64,000 nt of DNA from Marinilabiliales bacterium (GTDB lineage: Bacteria > Bacteroidota > Bacteroidia > Bacteroidales > SZUA-534), in contig DOTG01000028.1 in NCBI GenBank assembly GCA_003512955.1, forward strand, positions 122,275 to 186,274, in the 5' to 3' direction. Positions 18,498 to 30,300 of the stretch are shown in pieces. Position 1 is the stretch's first letter, and each line of letters begins with the position of its first letter. The notes beneath the pieces were generated by a model, which worked only from the letters and a program-made list of their open reading frames with translations, made no database searches and was not told the DNA's origin. Both the position numbers and the translations under genes were made by a program.

Positions 18498-20606
18498 TTA
18501 GTTCAGACCCCTGCGTTCCAACAAAGGTTCAATTTTAGGTTCGGTGCCTCTAAATTTTTTATACAAATTCATGGCATCCTCAGTCCCTCCAAGTTCAAGG
18601 ACATTGGTACGGAAAGTGGCCGCGGTTGTTTTATCGAACAAACCATGTTCTTTAAATGCTTCAAAAGCATCGGCATCAAGGACTTCGGCCCAAATGTAGC
18701 TGTAGTAACCTGCGGCATAACCATCGCCCGAAAATATATGAAGGAAATAGGTGCTACGGTACCGTGGCAATATTTCATCAATGAGCCCTATCTTCGACAT
18801 GGATTCTTTTTCAAAAGCGTTAACATCCCATATTCTGGGCTCAGCAATGGTATGCCAATCCATGTCAAGAAGGGAGGCGGCAATATATTCCGTAGTTACG
18901 AATCCCTGATTAAATTTTCCTGCATTTTGTATCTTCTCAATCAATTCCTTGGGCATGGGTTCGTTCGTTTGATAATGCAACGCGTAATGGTTTAACACTT
19001 CGGGCTCAAAGGCCCAGTTTTCCATAATCTGTGAAGGAAGTTCCACAAAATCGCGGGGTGTGCCCAAGCTTCCATAATGCTTGTTGGCAAATAAACCGTC
19101 TAAAGCGTGTCCGAATTCATGAAACAGGGTCTCGGCTTCATCTACCGATAATAATGCGGGATTGTTGCCAATTGGAGTTGAAAAATTACAAACAATAGAC
19201 ATGATTGGGTCTATCCGCTTCCCATTGATATATTTCTCAGTATTAAACGAGGTACACCAGGCTCCTGCCCTTTTTGAATCCCTCGGAAAATAATCCAGGT
19301 ATAGAATTCCCACATGCTGCCCAGTCTCTTCCTTCACCTCGAATACTTCCACATCGGGATGATAAACAGGCATATTCTCTAAACGGGTAAATGTGATTCC
19401 ATACAATTGGTTGGCTACCCAGAACATTCCTTCGCGGACATTTTCCAATTTCATGTATGGCCGTATCTGGTTTTCGTTTAAAGCAAATTTCTGCTCTTTA
19501 ACTTTTGCAGCATAATAATCGTAATCCCAGGGTGCCAACTTGAAAGAATGCCCTTCCGATTTTATGATTTCCTGCATATCGGCAACCTCTTGTTTGGCTA
19601 CGTCCAATGCTTTTGGCATCAATTTGTTCAACAATGCATACACTTGATCAGTTGTTTTGGCCATGTTTTTATCCAAAATAAATGAAGCGAAGTTACCGAA
19701 ACCCAATAATTTAGCCTTTTCTAGCCTAAGATTTACCATTTTTGATATCAGCTCTTTGTTATCGATGGAGTCGTTATTGTCGCCTTTCAAGGTGTAAGCC
19801 TTAAACATTTTCTCGCGGAGCTCCCTGTTTTGCGAACTTTCGAGGAAGGGCAACAAACTTGGTTTTTGGATGGTAAATACCCATTTCCCTTCAAGTCCTT
19901 TTTCTTTGGCAGTTGCGGATGCAGCGGCAACAGATGATTCAGAAAGGCCTGCCAAATCAGCAGAATCGTTAACCACCAACTGGAACCGGTTATTCTCTTG
20001 CAACACGTTGTTGCTGAATCTCAGGTACAACACCGAAAGTTCTTTATTTATCTCGCGGAAGCGTGTTTTTGCCGTTTCATCAAGGTTGGCACCCCCACGG
20101 ACAAATCCTTTGTACATTTTATCTAAAAGCGTGATCTGTTCCACCGAAAGTGGCAATTGGTCTTTTTTATCATAAATGCTTTTCACTTTGATGAACAATT
20201 CCTGATTCATGCTTATGTCGTCGGAGTGTTCGGCTACCAATGGGGCCAACTCTTCCGAGATTTTTTGGAGTTCATCGTTTGTAGCTGCTTCGGTAATATT
20301 GTAAAAAACATTTCCCACCTGTTCCAACAAGGCTCCACTGTTTTCAAAAGCCTCGATGGTATTTTCAAAGATTGGCTCTTCGGCATTATTTACAATTTTT
20401 TCGACCGCTATTTTTTGCTGTTTCATTGCCTCTTTGAAGGCCGGAAGGTAATGTTCCGCTTTTATTTTTTCAAAAGGAGGAACCTCGAATGGGGTATCGA
20501 ATTTTGTCAATAATGGGTTTTCCATGCTTTGATTGTTTACAAATTTTTGGTTACACGAAGCCATTGCCAAGCCAAGAACCAACAACATACTCAATTTCGT
20601 TTTCAT
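18498..20606 (-). CDS. dcp: M3 family peptidyl-dipeptidase (Dcp/oligopeptidase-like), lipoprotein
   Basis: Zinc motif TLFHEFGHALD. 702 aa. Lipoprotein signal LGLAMASC. M3-type C-terminal half. Confidence 0.9.
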   Translation of the reverse strand: MKTKLSMLLVLGLAMASCNQKFVNNQSMENPLLTKFDTPFEVPPFEKIKAEHYLPAFKEAMKQQKIAVEKIVNNAEEPIFENTIEAFENSGALLEQVGNVFYNITEAATNDELQKISEELAPLVAEHSDDISMNQELFIKVKSIYDKKDQLPLSVEQITLLDKMYKGFVRGGANLDETAKTRFREINKELSVLYLRFSNNVLQENNRFQLVVNDSADLAGLSESSVAAASATAKEKGLEGKWVFTIQKPSLLPFLESSQNRELREKMFKAYTLKGDNNDSIDNKELISKMVNLRLEKAKLLGFGNFASFILDKNMAKTTDQVYALLNKLMPKALDVAKQEVADMQEIIKSEGHSFKLAPWDYDYYAAKVKEQKFALNENQIRPYMKLENVREGMFWVANQLYGITFTRLENMPVYHPDVEVFEVKEETGQHVGILYLDYFPRDSKRAGAWCTSFNTEKYINGKRIDPIMSIVCNFSTPIGNNPALLSVDEAETLFHEFGHALDGLFANKHYGSLGTPRDFVELPSQIMENWAFEPEVLNHYALHYQTNEPMPKELIEKIQNAGKFNQGFVTTEYIAASLLDMDWHTIAEPRIWDVNAFEKESMSKIGLIDEILPRYRSTYFLHIFSGDGYAAGYYSYIWAEVLDADAFEAFKEHGLFDKTTAATFRTNVLELGGTEDAMNLYKKFRGTEPKIEPLLERRGLN

Positions 20607-20745
20607 TTTAGTTTGCTTTTGGAATATTAATTACCTATCTGTCACCGGAAACCATAAAAGGTTACAGATTCAGACTGGCCGAAAGTAAAAAGAATTCATT
20701 GCATATTTACGTCCCTTGAAAGTGCTTTACATACATATTTCTATG

Positions 20746-20914
20746 TCGCTTAGTTAGCAGAATGGATATTTTAGTATCAAGTAGTCAGTATCAAGATATG
20801 AGACAAGAAACAAGAGATTAGAGATTAGAGATTAGAGACAAGAACAATTAGACTATTAAGTTTTTAGTCTTTTAGCTAATGACCAACCCTGTAATCTTGA
20901 TACCCGACTTGTGG
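20746..20914. repeat. MITE-like repeat, copy A (inverted relative to copy B at 59769-59964)
   Basis: The reverse complement aligns to 59769-59964 with identical runs of 24 nt (ACTAAAAACTTAATAGTCTAATTG) and 26 nt (TGTTTCTTGTCTCATATCTTGATACT). Internal termini GTATCAAGAT (20788-20797) / ATCTTGATAC (20894-20903). (GAGATTA)x3 at 20814-20834. Confidence 0.85.
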
Positions 20915-20997
20915 AAACAAGGTTTACATGAATTTGGATATCAAGCTACAAATTGGATTAATAAAGGGTTTCAGGGAAATAAGTTTTCAAGAATGGG

Positions 20998-21156
20998 TTA
21001 TTCAAACTTGGAGTTATGGCGTGAAATGTATTTCTTTTTTGCCTTAATCGGATCTTCGTCCATCGAAATGTAAATCTTTGTTCTGAAGTCGATTACTACT
21101 TCTTGCATTTTTGATAGGTCGGGAGATTTAAAGGTACTGGGCTTCTTTTCAAACAT
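20998..21156 (-). CDS. possible small protein (52 aa), unknown function
   Basis: My own translation, below the ORF-track cutoff: MFEKKPSTFKSPDLSKMQEVVIDFRTKIYISMDEDPIKAKKKYISRHNSKFE. A TAcaTTTG (-7-like) box lies 23 nt upstream of the ATG (plus-strand 21180-21187). No recognisable family. Confidence 0.3.
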   Translation of the reverse strand: MFEKKPSTFKSPDLSKMQEVVIDFRTKIYISMDEDPIKAKKKYISRHNSKFE

Positions 21157-21305
21157 GATGGCTACTTTCTATTAAACCTCAAATGTAACCTTTAAAATCG
21201 GTTAAAACGTTTTTATTGGAACTTATTATTTCTGAATAATTTAACCTACACGGATACTCCTTAGTAATATTGAATAACAGGCCTTTCGATGTAGTTTTTA
21301 ATTAT

Positions 21306-24300
21306 CTAATATACCATAAATACTTTTTGCATGGTATAGGAACTACAAATTACCTTTATAACATAAGAACCCACAGGTACATCCGGAAGTTCAATTCTGG
21401 TTTGAGGGTTTTCCAATGTTCCATGGCTGATGAGCAAACCCTGGGCGTTATATACCTGGAAACGGCTACCTGATTCAAAACAACTTGCCAAAAGATATAA
21501 AACCTTGTGGGTTGGATTTGGATACGCCAGAAATACGTTCGGTTTCCATTCAGGATTGGACAATAACGCCAGAGGAACAACAATTAATGTATCAGATTGA
21601 AAGGTTACAAATCCTGTATCCGGGATATGGGTGTCCGTTTTTCGTACAATATATTGCATGTTCACGGCTGGCAGCAAATCATAAAAAACAACAATACCTT
21701 CTGGTCCAGTGGTTTTTACCTTTTGGTCGAAGGTCACTGAGGCTCCTTGAACAGTCCCTTGTTCATCGAGTATGTTAAAGGTAACATCAAATGTTTCCAG
21801 TTCCAGTTGTAGTTCGATAAAAAGGTCGGCATTCGGGATGGTAAAATCACCTGATGCCGCTACATAACCGGTTTTATAAATGGTATAACTATAGGTTTGG
21901 TTGGGGGAGAATGGAGACAGGATAGCCACACCCAAAGAATCGGTCAGGGATTCAAAATCGGCACAAGCGACAAGAGTCCCAGCCATGGGGTTTCCTAATT
22001 CATCAGTCACTTTAAACGATACCTGATAGTTTTCCTCCTCCAGCCATACAAATTCATGAGTAAAACCGGTAGATAGATCAATGGAATCTTCTTTGGCGGA
22101 ATATCCTGTTTTTATAACCGAATAATGGTACTTTCCATGATACAGCCCTTGAAATAGTGCATCTCCATTGTCATCTGTAAGCATCTTATTTTCATCTAAA
22201 TTAACCAGAGTCTGGCTTATTGGGCTTATACCATCGGTAATTGTGAATAATAATTCCAACATCTTTTCAATTTCCAAATGCACCGTAGTATCACCCTCTC
22301 CCACAGAAAGAGAATCGGAAATGGAAAAGTAACCTGTTCTTGAAACTTGATAGGAATACCAACCTTGAATGGGTTCATATAATTGTATCTGTCCAAAAAT
22401 ATCGGTAATATGTGTAACACTATCAAATAAGATAATCGCGCTATCCACGGGTGTTCCGCTACTTGTAATTTGCCATGTGATTTCGGGGATTCTCTGCAAT
22501 CCGAAATTAAAAACCGTATCGCAATTTTCAATTTGAATATCGGTTTCAATGTCATAAAAACCCTCTTTGCGGATAAGAACATTAAAATCGCCTGTTCCCA
22601 AATCAACAAAAGTAGCTACACCAGTAAAATCACTAACCAAAGTATCAGAATTCAATACAACTAAAGCACCCCCAACCTCAATCCCCTGGTGTGTGACGAT
22701 GATTTTTGCATCTGCGATTTCATTCATTTTTATGGATAGCAGGGTATCGGAATTTGTGGAACTAAAATGACCCGAAACCGGATAATAACCCGCTAACTGT
22801 ATTCCATAGTCAAACCCGCCTAAACCAAAATCCACCAACTTGATAAGCCCGAAACTATCTGTTACATGGGTTTGTTGATTGATATCCACCGGAATCCCGA
22901 CCAACGGTACTTTCCCATTATATACAAAAAGAATCACATCGGGAATGGGTGCCAATGCAATATGGATACTGGTATCCGATCCAAACATTTGAAGTGTGTC
23001 AGCAGTTGAATAATATCCGGTAGCTGAGATATTCCAAAAATAACTTCCTTCCAGAACCTGAGTTTTAGAAACATTACCCAACGGATTTGTAAACAGGGTA
23101 TCGTCATTAAAAATCACCCTTGCATTGGCTAGGGGCTGCCAACCATCGGTAACCGTGAAATTCACGGTACCAAGAGTGGCTAATACAAATGTGAAAGAAG
23201 TATCAATATCCCCAACTAAAATAGCTCCATCATAAGTTTGGTACCCAATGTGGTGAATAGAAATAGTGTGCAGACCTTGCACCAAATCAGTTGCAAATGC
23301 TGAACCCATGGAATCGGAATAAACCGGTTGGCCATCCACCAAAAGCATGGCTCCTTGAATCGGTTGATTTCTGGAATCAAGCACTACAAAATGCGCATCG
23401 GCAAAATCATTGGACAAGGTAATTTCTATCACTTCTATGGAAGAATCTGGCAGAATAGAATCTGTTATCGTGTGGTACCCCTCTTTGGTAATAATATAGG
23501 TAGAAAATATTCCTGTTTGAGCAGCAAATGTTTCTCCAGTCCCTTGGCTATTGGTAGTTGCAACATGCGCGTTTAGTGTAATATTTGCACCTGCAATGGG
23601 CATTCCCCATTGGTTCTTAACCACAAAAATGGTTTGGGGGTTTCTTTTCAATTCAATGAGAATAAAGCTATAAGGAGCTTCCTTAAAATAACTGAAAAGT
23701 GTATCACGATATCCATAGGCCTGAGCCGAAACGGTAAGAGCCTCGGACCATTTTGTGCTAAAGTATTTAACCCGCCCCAAGGTATCAGAAAACAAAATAT
23801 CATCACCGATATTTATCTGGCAATTGCTGACAGAGGTAGTTCCATCAAGAGGCAAATCACCTTTTACCTCCACATTTGTCACGGCTAAGGTGTCATAAAT
23901 CCATTGCACATTGGGTCTCCATTTTGAAACGCCTGCAAATGGTGCCGGATATGTATTGTCATCTTCACCAAAAACAACCGAATTAAAAGAAGTTGAATGT
24001 CCATACACCTTTGTCCGGTTAAGGCTTGGTGCATAGTTATCGGAAGTTCCCCAATTAATTTCGAGGATCAGGTTTTCGGGCGCAAGCATCCAATAAGCAT
24101 CAGTAAAGTTGATTTGATACCAACCGATTTGGTTTGGTAACATAAAAATTGAGGTATCAAAAAGGGTTTGTGCCTGTTGCATATCCACAAAAGTAGATAA
24201 TTGCTCCAATGGAGCCGATATCAGTTTGACGGTGAAATTTGGAAGATCACGGAATGAAGCATCTGAGGTTATATCCGAAAAGTTAAACCAGACGGCTTTC

Positions 24301-27179
24301 AATAGTTGGTTCCCCTGGTACATTTCCTCCTTTTTAAAGAGGATTTGGGTCCGGTTGTTTTTATAATAATTGTTGAAAGGATATTCGCCCAAAAGTTGTT
24401 CCCCGTTTCCTAATTGGACGATGGAATCGAACCCGATGGACAACAAAAAAATGTTTTGATCCAGGTAAATGCCATTTGTAAGTGCAACTTGTAACGAATC
24501 GCAGGTAGCCGTTGTATTTAAAACTGCAATGTCAAAGGATGCTGTCAGGGTATCTCCGGGAAGTATTTGATTGAAATAAAAACTGCCGGGGTCAATCGTG
24601 GAGACAGAATTTCCAAATAAGCTTTGCATCTGAATAGTTGAACTGACCATAGCATGCCCTGCATTGGTAAAACTCACCGATAACGTTAACGATTCTCCGG
24701 CATCGGCCAGATTATTGCCATTTCCATAAAAATCGTCAACAATTAAGTTGGGTATTAGCTTCAGAACCGGTGCATTGATGAGCAATGGCCGTTGATAGTT
24801 ATAATACCTCCGGGGAAGCCCGGGGAAACTATCGGAAAGCTGTACATTGAACCAAACTTCTGTTTGATCGGGTACCGAATCGGTAATTCTGATTTCGATT
24901 ACTTTATTTAACGAGAAGACTGAACCAATTCCTAAAGAATCATGCGAGAAAATTGTTCCGTTGTAAGAAACAATAAGAGGGTTTTCCGTTTGTATATTCA
25001 CCTCGATAAATTCAGATGTGGCCGCCCCGATATTTTCAACAGTCAAATTCAGGAACATACTTTCATTAAAGTCGGCCAACCCGTTGTTGTTTCCCATTTC
25101 ATCATCTACCAGAAATGACTTTAAAGCCAAATAGGCTTTATCTGAAACTGTAACCGGAACATCAATAATATAAGGTTGATGGCTTGGTTTTGTAACCACC
25201 AGATGCACCGAATCGCCCTCAAATTGGGTATCAAAAAAAAGGGTTGTGCTACCTAAACCCGAAACTTGTGCAGTGGCCAACATCCCACTTTTGGTGGAAA
25301 GTGTGACGGTTGAACCTTCCATGGCTTCAACAATAAACTCTCCAACCCCTGATTCCAACCTGGGCGGGTGGACTACCGTTTGAATTCGCCCTTTACGGAA
25401 ATACGGGATCAACGAAGGATCACCAAGGCAATGGTAGGCTTCCCAATAGTATTTTGAATCCACATCACTGGTGTATCCTTGATTATGCGCCTCGGTAACC
25501 GCTAAGTTCCCGGAAAAAAGCAAGGCTCCGGTTGTCACATAATCTGAACTAAAGGGGGCATCGAACATTCCCAATGAACTGCCTTCAACCGTAGGATAGC
25601 TGTTATAAACGGGATCGTGGGCACCCACTGCCCAATAAAAATCTTCCCACCAATAGGTATCAGGAACGCTACCCAGGTAGGCGATGGCTCCTCCCGAAGG
25701 ATTCCGTACCCAAGCTTCGCCAATACACGTTCCGATACTAAAATCGCCCGAAGTGCAACAATTGCCAACTGCTAACGGGTATTTTCCATGGTTGATAAAA
25801 CTGGATACATTATCAGCCGTAAGTACGGGATTGGCCCACGAAATTTGCGAACAATGCGCGGTATAATTTATAAAACCAACTGAAACCTTTTCATTTGTAT
25901 AACAATCGGTATAACTATTCAAATAACTGTTTACCACCGAATAGCCCTGAATGGCATTGAAATAGTTCTCGGTACCGTATTTTACGGTAGGTTGAGCCAC
26001 CCTAGGGTTCCAGATGGGATCGGCACCAGCAATGAGGGTTGCTTGGTCCAAAAATGAATCGTCGGTAAATTGGTACTTCTCGTAAAGTAATATTTTAGCA
26101 ACCATAGCCAATAACTGTACAGTATCTTGGGCAGGAAGCCTCCCATAATACATATCGGGAAACATATCGCCATCTACACTGGCGTAATACAAATCGGTGG
26201 CTCTGGCTGTGCGAATACCCGTTTGTGAAGCTGGAACCTGAGCAATATCGCCTACCAATATCAGAAAACTTGGAACTGATTTTCCATCCAAGGTATCGGC
26301 ATATTGGGTTTGTATCCAGGACCTTATCTGAGCAGGTGAACTTCCAATGGTACTTGTATTTCCTAAAACCACATCAAAACCCTTTTGGGTTTTCCAAGTA
26401 ATGAAACTTTGCAAAGAATTTACAAACTGAGGCGGACTCACGATTAAATATCGTACCGGATGATTTACCAGGTCGGGATGATCGGGGTAAGCACTGGTTA
26501 CATTTAAAGCTGTGTAAATATTGGCGAAATATGGGGAATAGGATGATGCCGGAAGCGGTTCACTCCATGTCTTTGTTCCGCTCACCTTCACCTCCACCTG
26601 AATGTTGTTGTAACATTTTATTTTATGGCTCACCGGGTTGTATGCTACCGGATTAACAGTAATTCTGGCAACTTGCATTCCCCGCAGTATTCCCAAGACT
26701 TCAATTTCAGCAATTGGCTTTTTAGTGAATGAATTTTTCTGATATGCCTTTTCCGAAATGACCCACTCCTGGGCTTCAACAGGAATATCCTTGGCATAAC
26801 TGGGTTGGTACGGAATCAGTTTTGATTTTGAAGTGAAGTTCTCTAGTTTATATTCTCCTTCTTGAAAGGATTTTACAAATAATTTTACCTGAGCTCCTTT
26901 TGGGATGACGATGAGTTTTTGGGAGCTGACCAATTGCGGTTCGCCCGTTTTTCCGCTACGGTATGTTCCGGGAATGGCCATTTGGTTGTAAACTCCTTGT
27001 GGGGTCTCAACTTCAATAAAGCTTATTTCGGAATAGTTAAATGAAAAAGTCTTTGTATGGGCATCTTCCCTGAGTATTTGAACATTCGGCGTTTTATCCT
27101 GGAGAAATATAGCACGGGGTTGTCCTTGCAAACCCAAAGAAACCAACAGGAGGGATAAAAAAAATACTACTCTTCTCAT
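21306..27179 (-). CDS. peptidase C25 (gingipain-like) giant surface protein with about ten CarboxypepD_reg-like repeats and a T9SS C-terminal sorting domain
   Basis: Signal peptide MRRVVFFLSLLLVSLGLQG. C25 His/Cys dyad context YTAHCSQ ... AVGNCCTSGDF. Serial ~80-aa repeats (e.g. VTFNILDEQGTVQGASVTF..., YQVSFKVTDELGNPMAG...). CTD AYPNPTHKVLYL...YVIKV...KVFMVY. Confidence 0.9.
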   Translation of the reverse strand: MRRVVFFLSLLLVSLGLQGQPRAIFLQDKTPNVQILREDAHTKTFSFNYSEISFIEVETPQGVYNQMAIPGTYRSGKTGEPQLVSSQKLIVIPKGAQVKLFVKSFQEGEYKLENFTSKSKLIPYQPSYAKDIPVEAQEWVISEKAYQKNSFTKKPIAEIEVLGILRGMQVARITVNPVAYNPVSHKIKCYNNIQVEVKVSGTKTWSEPLPASSYSPYFANIYTALNVTSAYPDHPDLVNHPVRYLIVSPPQFVNSLQSFITWKTQKGFDVVLGNTSTIGSSPAQIRSWIQTQYADTLDGKSVPSFLILVGDIAQVPASQTGIRTARATDLYYASVDGDMFPDMYYGRLPAQDTVQLLAMVAKILLYEKYQFTDDSFLDQATLIAGADPIWNPRVAQPTVKYGTENYFNAIQGYSVVNSYLNSYTDCYTNEKVSVGFINYTAHCSQISWANPVLTADNVSSFINHGKYPLAVGNCCTSGDFSIGTCIGEAWVRNPSGGAIAYLGSVPDTYWWEDFYWAVGAHDPVYNSYPTVEGSSLGMFDAPFSSDYVTTGALLFSGNLAVTEAHNQGYTSDVDSKYYWEAYHCLGDPSLIPYFRKGRIQTVVHPPRLESGVGEFIVEAMEGSTVTLSTKSGMLATAQVSGLGSTTLFFDTQFEGDSVHLVVTKPSHQPYIIDVPVTVSDKAYLALKSFLVDDEMGNNNGLADFNESMFLNLTVENIGAATSEFIEVNIQTENPLIVSYNGTIFSHDSLGIGSVFSLNKVIEIRITDSVPDQTEVWFNVQLSDSFPGLPRRYYNYQRPLLINAPVLKLIPNLIVDDFYGNGNNLADAGESLTLSVSFTNAGHAMVSSTIQMQSLFGNSVSTIDPGSFYFNQILPGDTLTASFDIAVLNTTATCDSLQVALTNGIYLDQNIFLLSIGFDSIVQLGNGEQLLGEYPFNNYYKNNRTQILFKKEEMYQGNQLLKAVWFNFSDITSDASFRDLPNFTVKLISAPLEQLSTFVDMQQAQTLFDTSIFMLPNQIGWYQINFTDAYWMLAPENLILEINWGTSDNYAPSLNRTKVYGHSTSFNSVVFGEDDNTYPAPFAGVSKWRPNVQWIYDTLAVTNVEVKGDLPLDGTTSVSNCQINIGDDILFSDTLGRVKYFSTKWSEALTVSAQAYGYRDTLFSYFKEAPYSFILIELKRNPQTIFVVKNQWGMPIAGANITLNAHVATTNSQGTGETFAAQTGIFSTYIITKEGYHTITDSILPDSSIEVIEITLSNDFADAHFVVLDSRNQPIQGAMLLVDGQPVYSDSMGSAFATDLVQGLHTISIHHIGYQTYDGAILVGDIDTSFTFVLATLGTVNFTVTDGWQPLANARVIFNDDTLFTNPLGNVSKTQVLEGSYFWNISATGYYSTADTLQMFGSDTSIHIALAPIPDVILFVYNGKVPLVGIPVDINQQTHVTDSFGLIKLVDFGLGGFDYGIQLAGYYPVSGHFSSTNSDTLLSIKMNEIADAKIIVTHQGIEVGGALVVLNSDTLVSDFTGVATFVDLGTGDFNVLIRKEGFYDIETDIQIENCDTVFNFGLQRIPEITWQITSSGTPVDSAIILFDSVTHITDIFGQIQLYEPIQGWYSYQVSRTGYFSISDSLSVGEGDTTVHLEIEKMLELLFTITDGISPISQTLVNLDENKMLTDDNGDALFQGLYHGKYHYSVIKTGYSAKEDSIDLSTGFTHEFVWLEEENYQVSFKVTDELGNPMAGTLVACADFESLTDSLGVAILSPFSPNQTYSYTIYKTGYVAASGDFTIPNADLFIELQLELETFDVTFNILDEQGTVQGASVTFDQKVKTTGPEGIVVFYDLLPAVNMQYIVRKTDTHIPDTGFVTFQSDTLIVVPLALLSNPEWKPNVFLAYPNPTHKVLYLLASCFESGSRFQVYNAQGLLISHGTLENPQTRIELPDVPVGSYVIKVICSSYTMQKVFMVY

Positions 27180-27336
27180 AACCTTTCATTTATCGAAGAG
27201 TAGTATTTTAAACAGCAGTCAATAACTTAATAAGTTACTTTATTGGTAATGAACTGTAACGTTTTTTGTTGATTAAAACCCAACGTCGTTATGGTTCATT
27301 TCATATTAATTAATTGAAACAGAATTACTTAAAATA

Positions 27337-30300
27337 TTACTCTACAATTACTTTTTCATAGTGCACCTGCTCTCCAACACGGGCTTGTAAGATATAAATT
27401 CCTTTGGAGAATTTTGAGAAATCAATCAGGTATTCCTTCGTTGGCTCCAAATAATTGATTAATAACGCTCCATTGTAGCTAAACACTTGTAGCTGGTCCA
27501 TTGTTTCAACAGAAGTTACCCGCACCCGATAATCTTTCGAAACAGGGTTTGGATACACCTGTAATCCATTGTTGGTCAACTGATGGATGTCAACATAGGT
27601 CAGTTCAATATTCAAGGTAACATCGGTATTCACTACATCAAAAGTTCCTTCATGGGTAGTATAACCTAATTTACTTACCGAATAGGCAATATCTTGGGCA
27701 GGAATGATTCCATACATGGATACTTTTCCGTTGCTGGCTGTGGCAATCATATCGCCAAGCACTGATATTTCGGCTGCATCAACAGGCCCGCTATTACTTG
27801 TAACATTGAAAGTAGCCCCATAAGTAATATGGCTGATTGAAATGTTCTTTACCAAATCGCTATCAGTGATGTCGAATCCGCCTGTTACTTTTTGGTAACC
27901 CTCTTTTTCAACGGTGTAACCATAATTCCCCTGGTTCAAACCATCAAAGGTAATTTCGCCTTCGGTGTTTGTTAGCTTTTCAACGTCTCCAACAGTCACT
28001 TTTACACCGCTCACCAAACCGAATTCATCGGAAATTACCATCTTAACCAAATAGGTAGGTTTTAACCGTAAATGCAGGCTGTAGCAAAAGTTAACCGTTC
28101 CGACTACAATAGTCCCGGTGGTATCAACATACCCTGTTTTTGTAGCCCTAAACGACTTAGTCCCTGGCAGGACTCCTGTAAACAAGGCACTGCCATTGGC
28201 ATCGGTAACCATGGTTTGATTATCAAAGTTGATACTTACCCCTTCCAAAGGAAGTATATTTTCAAAGGCTGTGAAACAGATTTCTGGCAATTTTTCCAAT
28301 AGAATAACCAAAGTGGTATCACCAGTTACACTACTGATTTTTCCTGTTTTAGAAAAATATCCGGGTTTCGAAATGGTATAAGTCTTTTCTCCGTCCTGGA
28401 GGGTATTCATAAACAAAGCCAATCCCTGCTCATTGGTTAGAAGGGTTCTGTTAGCCAATGAAATTTCAACGTCAGCTACCTGATCGATTCCATTGGTAAC
28501 AGAAAACGTAACTGTGCTTTTTGGCGAAGATGAAATATATGCTTTCCATCCGTTCTTGGTGGTATTGTCGTCCGATTCAAATACGAAAGTTAATGCTCCT
28601 GATTCATTCTGGCTTTGTAAACTGTTCACGAAATTTATAGTGCAGAATGAACCTAATAAAGGGGCATTGGTGTTAGCTCCATCATAAATTTTAAGTTTAT
28701 CCCAACAGCCAGTATTGGACGACTCCACCTCAAACTGTGCAAAATCAATCATTAACCCTTCACCACTATGATGCGGTAGCAAGGTAAGTGTATCTTTTTC
28801 GTTATTGCTATATTTGGCGTCAGGGCCTCCAGAATCGTAGAAATTTGCAGTAACAATTTCTTGTGAACCGTTACCCATCCAGATGTCGGGTTCATCGCCT
28901 AAAGTAACCGCAATTTTTCCTTCAAAAAGATATTGGTGGCCGTCACCAGCAGCTAACTGGTAGGTTAAAAATACCTGATCGCCGGCAAAGAAATCCGCTC
29001 CAGCTTTAATAACTACATCAACGGATTTGGTTTGAGAGGGATCGAACCCGCCAAAAATAACAGGTTCCGATAAAACAGTCAACAGTTCTTCATCGGAAGA
29101 CGAAAAACTAATGGTTGTATTTGAAACCTGAGCATGCCCGGCATTGGCAAAAAATGCGGTCATTGTAACTTCTTCATTGACTTCAACAATTCCGTTGGCA
29201 TTACCAACTCCAGCTTGATCCACCAACCAATTCGATTCGTTCAAATCAGGTCCATTTACAGTAAAGTCAAAGTCAAATCCGGAATTTAAACTATCGCTGA
29301 AATGAAGGTTACCATTAAAAACAACCGCTTCCTGATCGGGTACATTATTTTTAAGTTGTATTTGTAATGGGCTTGTCAAAACCTTTAATTCATTGGCTAA
29401 TATAGTCCCAACTTCAATAGTGTGATTTTCGCCTAAAGGCAACACCCACTCACTATCGGTATTTAATTCAATCACTACATTATGAGCATCTTCATTTCCA
29501 AAATTTTGAATTTGAAAATAGGCGCCCATGGTTTCACCAAATTCAGCCATGTTGTTCTGATTTCCTAGCAAATCCGTAATTAGGATTTCTGTAATTACCA
29601 AGAAAGGCCCGTTTGGAGCAATGACCCGTAAAGAATCAATAAATGGAGCATAACCGGGATGTGTAGCTGTGATAATAATTTGGTTTTCGCCAATATGCTG
29701 CAATGGTTCAAAAGTCAAATCGCACACATCGGTGGCATCCGCTTTTCCAAATGCGGCCAACTTACCGTTTTCCATCAACGTAATGGTTGCTCCTTTAGGT
29801 GCGGTAACTTTCAGGTTGCTTTGGCCCACAACCAAAATATCGGTAAAAACAGGTTCAATTTCTTGCGTTTGGTATTTTGCAGGAACTAAAGACGGATCGC
29901 CCATAATTCCATATATTTCCCAATAATATCCTTTTAAATCGGAAGTTGAACTTTGGACAGCCAAATTGCCAACATTCAGTATCTGCCCGGCAGTATAGGC
30001 ATGCTGGTCATCGGTTTCGTTGTGTGTATGAAACCATGCATCCCATGAACCTAGCCCGGTGGTTTCATAAGTAGGATTGGCCACAATGTTTGAGGTAAAT
30101 CCAATCCCCCAATAATAATCTTCGTCCCAATAGGAAAAATTGCTGGCCCCAATATATGCAACAGCCCCTTTATTGGCTGTGCGTACAATTTCTTCGGCAA
30201 ACGATGTTGTATTATATGAATAAGATTGGCAACAGTTACCAATCATCAAGGGATATTTATTGATATTACTTAAGGATGAAATATCCGAAATATCAAATGA

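Noticed and set aside
20814-20834. Short tandem repeat (GAGATTA)x3 considered as CRISPR or a phase-variation tract
   Set aside because: Only three 7-nt units, with no spacers, lying inside an intergenic repeat element. Nowhere in the window is there CRISPR-like repeat-spacer periodicity.
20879-21473. Plus-strand ORFs 20879..21073 (64 aa) and 21270..21473 (67 aa)
   Set aside because: The first starts inside repeat copy A and has implausible composition. The second overlaps the 3' end of the C25 gene in antisense. Neither has motif support.
27157-27164. T8 tract (coding strand) in the signal-peptide codons of the large C25 gene as a phase-variation switch
   Set aside because: Eight nucleotides is short for efficient slippage, similar runs occur elsewhere in coding DNA here, and there is no evidence of length heterogeneity.
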